Of a stretch of 25,688 nucleotides of DNA, positions 18,348 to 25,688 are shown in pieces; position 1 is the stretch's first letter, and every line of letters starts with the position of its first letter. The stretch comes from Gemmatimonadota bacterium. Lineage in GTDB: Bacteria > Gemmatimonadota > Gemmatimonadetes > Longimicrobiales > RSA9. The notes under the pieces were generated by a model. That model did not search any database and was not told where the DNA came from. It saw nothing but the letters and a program-made list of their open reading frames with translations. Location: the NCBI GenBank assembly GCA_040905425.1, contig JBBDRO010000073.1, positions 1 to 25,688 on the forward strand, given 5' to 3'. The position numbers and the translations under genes are program-made.

Positions 18348-19007
18348 TCAGAACAGCTTCTGCCCCCGGGCCAGGATGTCATTCAGCGCATCCCGGAAAT
18401 GCGTGGTCCCCTTGGCCGTTTCGATGCCCACCTGCGCCGCGTACTCCTCCCAGCTCTTCATGATCTCGTCGCGGAAGGTGGCGCGCAGGTTGCCGGCCGC
18501 GAGCGCCTGCTCCAGACGGTCCGGATGGTAGGCCACGATGTCGGAGACCAGCGCGCGCGCAATGCGCTTGGCGCGGGCGTCCGGATCCCGGCTGCCGAAG
18601 ACCGGACGCGGGGCCGTATCGGGGCTCCCGGCGGCCAGCGGGGTGCCCGCGGGCGGGGCGGCGGCCGGCGTACCCGTGCCTGGCAGTTCCCGGGGGAGCT
18701 CCGGTGACGTGGGCGCGGCCGGCGCTTCCGAGGGAGGCGGAGGTCCTGTCGGCGGTGCGGCGGCCGTCTCTATCATGGCTGCGCCACTCTCGGCGGTGGG
18801 CGCGGCGGTGGGCGCGGCGGTGGGCACGGCGGTGGGCACGGCGGTGGGCGCGGCGGTGGGCACGCGTTCCTCCGTGGCGGTGGCGTCGGGATGCTCCACC
18901 CGGAAGGTGTCCGAGCAGCGCGCGCAGCGGGCGCGCACCCCCGCGGCGGGGACGCGGGCCGGATCGACGCGGAAGACGGACTGGCAGCTGGGGCAGCGTA
19001 CGTTCAT
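18348..19007 (-). CDS. Zinc-ribbon (MJ0042-type) protein with Pro/Ala linker and helical C-terminal domain (RomX-like)
   Basis: N-terminal CPSC-x19-CARC, about 100 aa of P/A/T-rich linker, then an ~80-aa domain ARAKRIARALVSDIVAY...FRDALNDIL. ATGA overlap with the GGDEF gene. Confidence 0.85.
   Translation of the reverse strand: MNVRCPSCQSVFRVDPARVPAAGVRARCARCSDTFRVEHPDATATEERVPTAAPTAVPTAVPTAAPTAAPTAESGAAMIETAAAPPTGPPPPSEAPAAPTSPELPRELPGTGTPAAAPPAGTPLAAGSPDTAPRPVFGSRDPDARAKRIARALVSDIVAYHPDRLEQALAAGNLRATFRDEIMKSWEEYAAQVGIETAKGTTHFRDALNDILARGQKLF
18792..18863. repeat. Tandem repeat, 6 x 12 bp GGCGGTGGGC(G/A)C, encoding (V/A)PTA x6
   Basis: Units read directly at 18792, 18804, 18816, 18828, 18840 and 18852. 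Confidence 0.95.
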
Positions 19008-20002
19008 GGCTCGGTCGTGGCCTCCAGCTCCTCCGGCACGAAAGGCACACCACGACCGTCATCTCCGGGTTCATCGGAACGGCGGTCGACCGCGTACACG
19101 GAGCCGGGGAGCTTTTTCGCGAAAGTCTTCATTTCGGTCGCCAGTTCACTCACCCGGGCCGTATGGGTGAAGGTGCGTACCTGATTGGTCACCACGCCGA
19201 TGGAAAGGGTCATCAGGGGGACCCAGAGGATATTACCCCGCCGGTCGCGGCCGAGGAAATACCCCGCACTGCGGTCTTCCTCCGAATACTGGTACGCAAT
19301 GAGTTCATCGAACACCTCGATGATTTCTTCACAGCAGGCCTCCATGTGATCCAGGCCCACGTTGAAGATGAAGTCGTCCCCACCGATATGCCCGATGAAA
19401 CCCTCGGGATGATGGCCCTTAACCACGTCCCGCAGGATGCGCGCGAGCACGCGGATGACACGGTCACCCTCGTTGTAGCCGTAGCGGTCGTTGAACTCCT
19501 TGAAATGATCCAGATCCGCATAGCAGACGGCAAAGGTCTCCTGGCGGCGGATCCGCTCGGCCATGTCACGCTCGATCTGCGGCGTGCCGGGGAGGCGGGT
19601 GGTGGGATGGACGCTGACGTCGCGGTCGGCGCGCTGCAACATCATGTTGAGCCGCAGGATCTGCTCCCGTTCCGCCATGGCGTCGGTGAGCACCTCGTCG
19701 GCGCCCGCCTCCAGCGCCGCCTCCACCACGTCCGGACGGTCCCGATCGGCTACGACCACCACCGGCACGATGCCGCTGAAGGCGTCGCGCTTGAGGTGTC
19801 TGCACAGCTCGGTAGCACGTTTCGACCCGTCCTCGTCCAGTACGAGGCCGAGCGGATACGTGCGATTCACCAGGGCCACCACGTCGTCGCGGAGGGGGGT
19901 CACGTCGAGCGTGAGCCCCTCACCGTCGGCGAAGGTGCGCAGGACGGAGGGAATCTCCCGTGCGCCCGGTGAGTGATAGACCAGTTGCGTTCGAAGGCCC
20001 AT
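19004..20002 (-). CDS. Receiver-like domain plus GGDEF-domain protein (putative diguanylate cyclase, GGDDF type)
   Basis: HPTTRLPG, YADLDHFKEFNDRYGYNEGD, GHIGGDDF and TLSIGV motifs; degenerate REC domain (IVPVVVV, ALEAGADEVL). Start set at ATG 20002 because the TTG at 20041 lies inside the predicted -10 box. Confidence 0.88.
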   Translation of the reverse strand: MGLRTQLVYHSPGAREIPSVLRTFADGEGLTLDVTPLRDDVVALVNRTYPLGLVLDEDGSKRATELCRHLKRDAFSGIVPVVVVADRDRPDVVEAALEAGADEVLTDAMAEREQILRLNMMLQRADRDVSVHPTTRLPGTPQIERDMAERIRRQETFAVCYADLDHFKEFNDRYGYNEGDRVIRVLARILRDVVKGHHPEGFIGHIGGDDFIFNVGLDHMEACCEEIIEVFDELIAYQYSEEDRSAGYFLGRDRRGNILWVPLMTLSIGVVTNQVRTFTHTARVSELATEMKTFAKKLPGSVYAVDRRSDEPGDDGRGVPFVPEELEATTEP

Positions 20003-20039
20003 GCGCTCGGTAGGAGTGGGCTGTGGGGAAGGACGATCC

Positions 20040-20069
20040 AAGCTACGCCTGCCCCCGACGTGGTGTCAA
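20040..20069 (-). promoter_or_regulatory. Putative sigma70-type promoter for the GGDEF / zinc-ribbon pair
   Basis: Consensus TTGACA (20069-64), 18-nt spacer, TAGCTT (20045-40), directly after the rnr stop. Confidence 0.7.
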
Positions 20070-20076
20070 ATGGCGT

Positions 20077-22431
20077 TCAGGAGCGGCCACGTCCCTCCCG
20101 TCCGCCCGAGCGGCTGCCGCCGCCGCCTTTCGTGCCGCCGTTCCCCTTCGTGCCGCTCCGCTTGGAACCGCCGCTCAACTTCGTGCCGCTCCGCTTGGGA
20201 CCGCCACGCCCCTTGCTGCCGCCGCCTTTCGTGCCGCCGTTCCCCTTCGTCCGTCCCCCGCCCCGTGGCCGGCCGCCGCTGCTCTTCCCCGCCCCGGTTC
20301 CGCCCTCGTCGGACGGTGCCGCGCCGGGCCCATCCTCCAGGAGGAATTCGATGCGGCGCTGCTCCAGGTCCACGGAGCCCACCCGGACCCGCACCCGGTC
20401 ACCCAGCCGGAACTGCTTGCGGGTGCGCTCGCCCACCAATGCATAGCGGTCCTCGAGGAAGACGTAGTAGTCGTCCAGCGAACTCACGTGGACCAGTCCT
20501 TCCACGTGGAAGGCGTCCAGCAGCACGAAGAAACCGAAAGCCGCCACGCCGCTCACGGTCCCCTCGAAGGCGTCACCTACGTGACGCTCCATGAATTCCG
20601 TCTTCTTCAGGTCGATGCTGTCCCGCTCCGCCTCCACGGCGGCGCGCTCCCGCTCGCTGCCATGGCGGGCGGCCGTGACCAGCGCCTCACCCGCCTCGCC
20701 GGGCACCGCCCGCGCGCCCTCCAGCAGGTGCTCCACGGTGAGCCGGTGCACGAGCAGGTCCGGGTAGCGCCGGATCGGTGAGGTGAAGTGCCCGTAATGC
20801 TTGGCCGCCAGTCCGAAATGGCCCGCGTTCTCCACGCTGTAGCGTGCTTGCTTCATGGAGCGCAGGACCACCGTGGAAATGAGGCTCGACTCGGGGCGAC
20901 CCTGCACACGGGTCAGCAACCGTTGCAGATCGGCCGGCCCCACGGGGCCCCGGCCGCCCAGGCGATGGCCGAACGTGCCGGCCACTTCCCGGAGCTGCTC
21001 CAGTCGCTCCTCGTCCGGCCGTTCGTGAATGCGATAAACGAAGGGGATTCGCGCCCGCGAGGCGGCTCGGGCCACTGTCTCGTTGGCCAGCAGCATGAAA
21101 TCCTCGATGAGCTTGTGCGCCTCCAGACGGAGCACCTTCTGGACATCGGTGGGCTGCCCCTCGGCGTCCAGGATCACGCGGGATTCGGGCAGGTCGAAGT
21201 CCAGACTGCCGCGCTCCTGCCGGGCGGCACGGAGCGCTCTGCTCAGGGTGCGCAGGCCGTGCAGCGCCTGATCCACCTCGGCACCCAGGGAGCGCTCCCC
21301 GTCCAGCACCGCCTGAGCGTCCTCATAGGCAAGCTTGTGGCGACTGCGAATGACGCTGCGCACGATGCGGTGACCGTGCACTCTGCCATCCTCGTCCACT
21401 TCCACCAGCACGGTCATGGCGAGCCGGTCCACGTCGGGCCGCAGCGAGCAGAGGTCGGTGGAGAGGGCGTGGGGCAGCATCGGCACCACGCGATCCACCA
21501 GGTACACGCTCGTACCGCGCTCGTAGGCCTCGGCATCCAGTTCGGTTCCAGGGCGCACGTACCAGGACACGTCGGCAATGTGAATGCCCACCCGCCAGCG
21601 CCCCTGGCCAAGATCCTCGACGGAGAGCGCGTCATCGTGGTCCTTGGCGTCCGCGGGATCGACCGTGAAGACCAGGGTGTCCCGCAGGTCCGTGCGGCCG
21701 GCCATCTCGGCGGCGCCCAGGCCAGCCTCCCGGATGGCCGTGGCCTCCTGCTCCACCTCCGCCGGGAAGTCGGTCGGTAGTTCGTGAGCGTGGAGGATGG
21801 CCAGGACGTCCACACCGGGATCACCCAGCTTGCCCAGTACCCGCTCCACCTCACCGGAGGGACCCCGTTGCGGACTGCCCCAGTCGATGACCCGGACCAC
21901 CACCACGTCGCCATCGCCGGCCTCACCGGCCAGGCCGGCCGGTACGAAGACGTCCCGCTCGAGCTTGCGGTCCTCCGGGGTGACGAAGCCGTAGTTCTGG
22001 CCCGGGTGATAGGTGCCCACCACCGTCTCGCGGGCGCGGTGCAGCACGCGCACCACCGTGCCTTCCGGCCGCTTGTTGGGCTTCCGCCGCTCCACGCGGG
22101 CCACTACCCGATCCCGGTGCAACGCGGAACCGACGGCATTGGGCGGGATGAAGACATCCTCCTCGTCCTCCCCGTCCGTTACCACGAAGGCTGCGCCGCC
22201 GCGGATGGTCTGCAGGCGGCCCACGGCCAGGTTGATGCGCTCCGGGGCGGCATAGCGGTCTCTGCGCACCCGGTAGAGCAGACCGGAACCGGTCAGATCG
22301 TCGAGCAGCTCCTGGAAGGCGTCCAGCTGGTCGGCCGGTACGCCCAGACCCTCCGCGAGTTCGGCCGCCCGCATGGGTCGGCCGGCATCATCGCGCAGGA
22401 AATCGAGCAAGGCTTCGGCGGAAAAGCTCAC
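20077..22431 (-). CDS. rnr: Ribonuclease R
   Basis: N-terminal HTH, cold-shock domains, catalytic DPADAKDHDDA, HFTSPIRRYPDL, S1 domain and basic G/K/R tail. Start revised to GTG 22431 (784 aa) to avoid overlap with the upstream gene. Confidence 0.95.
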   Translation of the reverse strand: MSFSAEALLDFLRDDAGRPMRAAELAEGLGVPADQLDAFQELLDDLTGSGLLYRVRRDRYAAPERINLAVGRLQTIRGGAAFVVTDGEDEEDVFIPPNAVGSALHRDRVVARVERRKPNKRPEGTVVRVLHRARETVVGTYHPGQNYGFVTPEDRKLERDVFVPAGLAGEAGDGDVVVVRVIDWGSPQRGPSGEVERVLGKLGDPGVDVLAILHAHELPTDFPAEVEQEATAIREAGLGAAEMAGRTDLRDTLVFTVDPADAKDHDDALSVEDLGQGRWRVGIHIADVSWYVRPGTELDAEAYERGTSVYLVDRVVPMLPHALSTDLCSLRPDVDRLAMTVLVEVDEDGRVHGHRIVRSVIRSRHKLAYEDAQAVLDGERSLGAEVDQALHGLRTLSRALRAARQERGSLDFDLPESRVILDAEGQPTDVQKVLRLEAHKLIEDFMLLANETVARAASRARIPFVYRIHERPDEERLEQLREVAGTFGHRLGGRGPVGPADLQRLLTRVQGRPESSLISTVVLRSMKQARYSVENAGHFGLAAKHYGHFTSPIRRYPDLLVHRLTVEHLLEGARAVPGEAGEALVTAARHGSERERAAVEAERDSIDLKKTEFMERHVGDAFEGTVSGVAAFGFFVLLDAFHVEGLVHVSSLDDYYVFLEDRYALVGERTRKQFRLGDRVRVRVGSVDLEQRRIEFLLEDGPGAAPSDEGGTGAGKSSGGRPRGGGRTKGNGGTKGGGSKGRGGPKRSGTKLSGGSKRSGTKGNGGTKGGGGSRSGGREGRGRS
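20119..20250. repeat. Interleaved direct repeats in the RNase R basic tail
   Basis: 33-bp GCCGCCGCCTTTCGTGCCGCCGTTCCCCTTCGT at 20119-51 and 20218-50; 20-bp CTTCGTGCCGCTCCGCTTGG at 20146-65 and 20179-98. These encode TKGNGGTKGGG x2 and KRSGTK x2. Confidence 0.9.
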
Positions 22432-22447
22432 GGCAAGGACTTTCTCG

Positions 22448-23386
22448 TCACTGGAAGTGGAGTTCGAATGCGGCACTCCACCGGGGACGGTCGAAGGTTC
22501 CACCCAGGCTGCTACGGATGCGCAGGATCGGTGCTCCGTCGGCGCCACGCAGGCGCGCGAGGACGAATGCGTCCACCGCGCTCACGAGGTGGTTGGCAAG
22601 GATCGCACCGAGCAGGGTGGTGGCATCCCGGAAAGCTTCGTCGCTCCCCCGGATGAGTTCACGGAAAACCTGGCGCTCCAGGTCGTTGTTGCCCCAGGCC
22701 CACGCATAGCCCGGGGGGATGGCGTGCTCCATGTAGAAGGCCAGCGCGGCCTGGTAGGCGGGATCCTGGGGATCGGCCTGCGTACCCGCGGGGACGTAAA
22801 GCCCCACGGCCAGCTGCCATATTTCGCCATTGAACGTACGTGGATCCTCCTCGGGCTGGATGCCCGGCTGAGCGGGGTCCACGTCCCACGCACCGCTTGC
22901 CGTGTAATGATCCAGCGCTTCGTAGTACTCGAAAACCGTGTCTGGCCGGGCACCGGCACTGACGCGGCGCGGCACCGAGCGCGCCAGCTCACGATAACGC
23001 GCTTCGAGCTTGCGCGTGTCGCTGCGGCGGTCCGCGTAGGACAGCCACGCCCACGCCTCCACTACGGCGTAGGGAATCCACCGCTCGCTCTCCAGCAAGT
23101 ACTGGCCCGCACCGGGCAGCAGCGCGGAGGCCAGGAAGGCCGCGGCGGGCGCGGTGGCGTCCTGCTGGGCCACGAGGATCGGTGGCTGGTGTGCGTGGAG
23201 TCCGTGAACGGCAGGCGGCGTTTGCGCAGCGGCCGACATGCCGGCAAGGCCGGTCGCCCACACCAGGATCGCCCCGCGACCGGCCGCCCACGCCAGCACC
23301 ACGGCGCGGCCGGTCAGCCCGGCTCGGGTCATTCGGCCGCCGGCCGCGATCGCAGCCCCTTGCCGGCAACCACGCGCGGACCTCAC
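22448..23386 (-). CDS. Hypothetical exported/membrane protein with an AFLASALLPGAGQY segment
   Basis: Occupies the gap between the PorV-like gene and rnr. The start is GTG 23386 (GTGA overlap) or ATG 23332, not 23875. Signal-like N-terminus, S-x-x-LPGAGQ-Y motif, hydrophobic ILANHLVSAVDAFV and a beta-strand-like aromatic C-terminus. Confidence 0.75.
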   Translation of the reverse strand: MRSARGCRQGAAIAAGGRMTRAGLTGRAVVLAWAAGRGAILVWATGLAGMSAAAQTPPAVHGLHAHQPPILVAQQDATAPAAAFLASALLPGAGQYLLESERWIPYAVVEAWAWLSYADRRSDTRKLEARYRELARSVPRRVSAGARPDTVFEYYEALDHYTASGAWDVDPAQPGIQPEEDPRTFNGEIWQLAVGLYVPAGTQADPQDPAYQAALAFYMEHAIPPGYAWAWGNNDLERQVFRELIRGSDEAFRDATTLLGAILANHLVSAVDAFVLARLRGADGAPILRIRSSLGGTFDRPRWSAAFELHFQ

Positions 23387-24375
23387 AGGCGCACCGAGAA
23401 GGAGAAGTGCACCGGTTGGGCGCTGCCTCCGGCCACGTTCGAGAAGCTCTTGGCGGCACCGAATTCGAAGCGGTCGTAGTTGATGCCCACGCCGAGCGAC
23501 GTGCCACTGGTGAGCGTCTCGCCGCCGGCCCGACCCACCCAGAGGCGCAGGTCGTCCTCGAGAGAGAGTTCCGCCCCGAAGTTGACCAGGGCCTGGCCCG
23601 GTCCGCCCGCGCGATCCTCCACGTCCACGGCCAGGCGCAATTCGAACGGGCTTTCCGGGCGCACGAGATGGAGTGCTTCGTACGCGGCGCCCAGGCGGAC
23701 ACGGGCGGGCGTGGAGGAGGACTGCTCGGCATTCACCACCTGGAGCGGAAAGCCCACGTGCAGCAGTGATACGCCCAGCTCCAGGGCGGGTATGCGGCCG
23801 GGGGTGTACTGCACGCCAGCATCCACCATGTGCGTGGTGGCGGAGAATCCGGCCACACCGCAGGAGCCACTGCACTCCCTGCTGAACTGGTAAAGCTTGT
23901 AGGTCAGTCCTGCACGCAGGCCCGCGGCAAGGGGGGCGGCGAAGACCGCGCTCAGTGATTGATCGAAGATGGCCAGGTTACCGATGACGTTACCGGTCTG
24001 GTCCGTCACGTCTGACTCCCCGTAGTCGATGAGACGGTAGGTCACGCCGAACGTACCGATCTCCTCGATGCCGAAAGCCGCCCCGAGAACCGTGGTTCGG
24101 GATACCACCGTTTCCGAGGTATACACCAGAAAACGGGTGTCGGTCACCGCGCCCAGCCCCGCCGGATTGACGAACACCACGTCGCTGCCGGGACGTGCGG
24201 AAAGCGCCTGCCCCATACCGAGAGCACGCGCCCCCATGGGAATGAGGAGCTGCAGGCAGCACTCGTTCGCGGTCAGCGCTGGATCCTCCTGGCCGCGCAC
24301 CTCCGCGGCCCCGGCAAGGAGCATGAGCAAGACCACGCCGGCGGTACGCACCGTCCGGCTGTCACACGACGCCAC
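23383..24375 (-). CDS. PorV/PorQ (UPF0164)-like outer membrane beta-barrel protein
   Basis: Signal peptide, LLIPMGARALGMG...VFVNPAGL N-terminal signature, alternating amphipathic strands and C-terminal VHFSFSVRL. Exact start uncertain. Confidence 0.78.
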   Translation of the reverse strand: MASCDSRTVRTAGVVLLMLLAGAAEVRGQEDPALTANECCLQLLIPMGARALGMGQALSARPGSDVVFVNPAGLGAVTDTRFLVYTSETVVSRTTVLGAAFGIEEIGTFGVTYRLIDYGESDVTDQTGNVIGNLAIFDQSLSAVFAAPLAAGLRAGLTYKLYQFSRECSGSCGVAGFSATTHMVDAGVQYTPGRIPALELGVSLLHVGFPLQVVNAEQSSSTPARVRLGAAYEALHLVRPESPFELRLAVDVEDRAGGPGQALVNFGAELSLEDDLRLWVGRAGGETLTSGTSLGVGINYDRFEFGAAKSFSNVAGGSAQPVHFSFSVRL

Positions 24376-24399
24376 GGATTGCGCGTTGCTACCGCTCGC

Positions 24400-24564
24400 T
24401 CAGAGCGGCTTGGCCTCGTCCACGAGCATGACGGGAATGCCGTCCCGGATCTCGTAGCGGAGCTTGCAGTTGTGGCATGCCAACTCCTGCGCGTCCGGGC
24501 GGTATTCCAGTTCACCCTTGCACTGCGGGCAGACCAGGATCTCGAGCAGTTGCTCGTCCAGCAT
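24400..24564 (-). CDS. Trm112-like (UPF0434/YcaR) small zinc-binding protein, 54 aa
   Basis: [19 protein letters not shown]...CHNC...[23 protein letters not shown] upstream of ATG 24564. Confidence 0.93.
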   Translation of the reverse strand: MLDEQLLEILVCPQCKGELEYRPDAQELACHNCKLRYEIRDGIPVMLVDEAKPL

Positions 24565-24640
24565 GGGAAACTCCTCTGCAGAGCGGACGCTGTGTTCCGC
24601 TCGCTTGTCTGCAGGCGCCCTGATGCAGGGACCCTGCGTG

Positions 24641-25573
24641 TCAGTTGCCGTGTCCGTCGTCCCGCGGGGCGGCGTAGCCAAGATGCTGTAGCGAGGCGGA
24701 CTTGCGTCGCCACCCCGGCATGCTCTTGACCCACAGGTCCAGGTAGATCCGCTGCTCCAGGAACGCCTCGATCTTCTCCCGTGCGGCGGTACCGAGCGTG
24801 CGCAGGGCCACCCCGCCCTTGCCGATGATGATGCCCTTCTGGCTCTCACGATCCACGTAGATCGTGGCCCGAATGTAAACGGGATCGGCCTCCTCGCGGA
24901 ACTCCTCCACGCGGACCACGGAGGCGTAGGGGACTTCATCCGCGTACTGCTCGAAGATGGTCTCGCGAACCAGTTCCGCCACGAAGAAACGAACCGGCTG
25001 AACGGCAATGTCGTCCGCCGGGTAGAGGAAGGGGCTTGCGGGCAATGCCGCAACCATACGGCCCATGAGCTCCTCCAGTCCGGTCCCCTCCAGCGCCGAG
25101 ACGTGGTGCGCCTCCACACCGAGTTCGGACCGGCACCAGTCGGCCGCGATTGCCGGCTGGCTGTCCGGTGCGTCCGCTTTGTTCACGACGGCCAGGAGAC
25201 GGCCACGCCTTTTACGGAGATCCTCCAGCGCCTCTCCCACCGGGAGATCCGCTGGCTGTGTGCCGTCCAGGAGCAGCAGGACCACGTCGGCGTCCAGGAG
25301 CGCGCGGCGCGCCGCGTCCAGCATGCTGTGCTGGAGGGCGTAACGCGGCTCGAGCAACCCGGGCGTGTCCACGAAGATGATCTGGGCTTCGTCCGTGGTC
25401 AGGATGCCCGTGACGGCCTCCCTCGTGGTCTGCGCCCGAGGCGTGACGATGCTCAGCTTCTGGCCCACGAGGGCATTGAGAAGCGTGGACTTCCCCACGT
25501 TCGGGCGGCCGACGAGCGCCACGAAGCCGGCGCGCGTGGCTCCCGCGGCGCCGCGGTCTGCGTCGTGTGCCAT
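24641..25573 (-). CDS. era: GTPase Era
   Basis: [16 protein letters not shown] and NKAD G-motifs, EVPY, and KH domain IIIGKGG. Start revised to ATG 25573 (310 aa). Confidence 0.96.
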   Translation of the reverse strand: MAHDADRGAAGATRAGFVALVGRPNVGKSTLLNALVGQKLSIVTPRAQTTREAVTGILTTDEAQIIFVDTPGLLEPRYALQHSMLDAARRALLDADVVLLLLDGTQPADLPVGEALEDLRKRRGRLLAVVNKADAPDSQPAIAADWCRSELGVEAHHVSALEGTGLEELMGRMVAALPASPFLYPADDIAVQPVRFFVAELVRETIFEQYADEVPYASVVRVEEFREEADPVYIRATIYVDRESQKGIIIGKGGVALRTLGTAAREKIEAFLEQRIYLDLWVKSMPGWRRKSASLQHLGYAAPRDDGHGN

Positions 25574-25580
25574 CCAAGCG

Positions 25581-25610
25581 AATCTAGGCGCTGCTCGCGC
25601 GCGCACGCAA
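25581..25610 (-). promoter_or_regulatory. Putative sigma70-type promoter for era, possibly leaderless
   Basis: TTGCGT (25610-05), 18-nt spacer, TAGATT (25586-81), then 7 nt to the ATG; no SD before the ATG. Confidence 0.55.
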
Positions 25611-25688
25611 GCGCTTGTGGCCACGCCGGATAGGGGCGCGGCCACCGTTCTGGTGGTTGCCGGACGTGCGAAGCCCCCCGACACCGGG

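Noticed and set aside
19440..19520. GGDEF protein as a Hypr-type cGAMP synthase
   Set aside because: The guanine-specifying Asp (NDRYGYNEGD) is retained, whereas Hypr enzymes have Ser or Thr at that position.
24565..24640. Short inverted repeats between era and the Trm112-like gene (GAGCGGA/TCCGCTC; GCAGGG/CCCTGC)
   Set aside because: Stems of 6-7 bp are expected by chance at this GC content, and there is no U-tract.
22432..25684. Long N-terminal extensions in the ORF track for rnr (22548), the hypothetical (23875), the Trm112-like gene (25119) and era (25684)
   Set aside because: The extensions overlap neighbouring genes or the predicted promoter and are not protein-like. Downstream starts fit the family N-termini.

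Overview
High-GC (roughly 70% by eye) bacterial core-genome window. All supported genes are on the minus strand and are tightly packed, often with overlapping start and stop codons. In reading order: era, Trm112/YcaR-like protein, PorV/PorQ-like barrel, secreted/membrane hypothetical, rnr, pseudo-receiver-GGDEF protein, zinc-ribbon protein with a RomX-like C-terminal domain, prfB (programmed +1 frameshift), lysS, single LolC/E permease, lolD, mcsA-mcsB-clpC (no ctsR), bamA, skp, lpxD, fused lpxC-fabZ, lpxA, GnnA-like oxidoreductase, an unannotated 44-aa membrane protein, lpxB, DUF374/LpxJ-like acyltransferase, and the start of a probable lpxK. The lpxC-fabZ fusion, the PorV-like protein, the GC content and the gene order suggest an FCB-group organism, most likely Gemmatimonadota (inference). 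I found no mobile element, CRISPR array, tRNA or rRNA. The best leads are: (i) a separately promoted two-gene module pairing a GGDEF protein with a zinc-ribbon/RomX-like protein; (ii) an arginine-kinase/ClpC module embedded in the outer-membrane biogenesis cluster; (iii) an 18-nt hairpin motif repeated on both sides of prfB-lysS, one copy inside a ~100-nt structured element; (iv) three matching sigma70-like promoters with 18-nt spacers; (v) Gln at +1 after all four predicted signal peptides. All family assignments come from motif recognition by eye, not from database searches.
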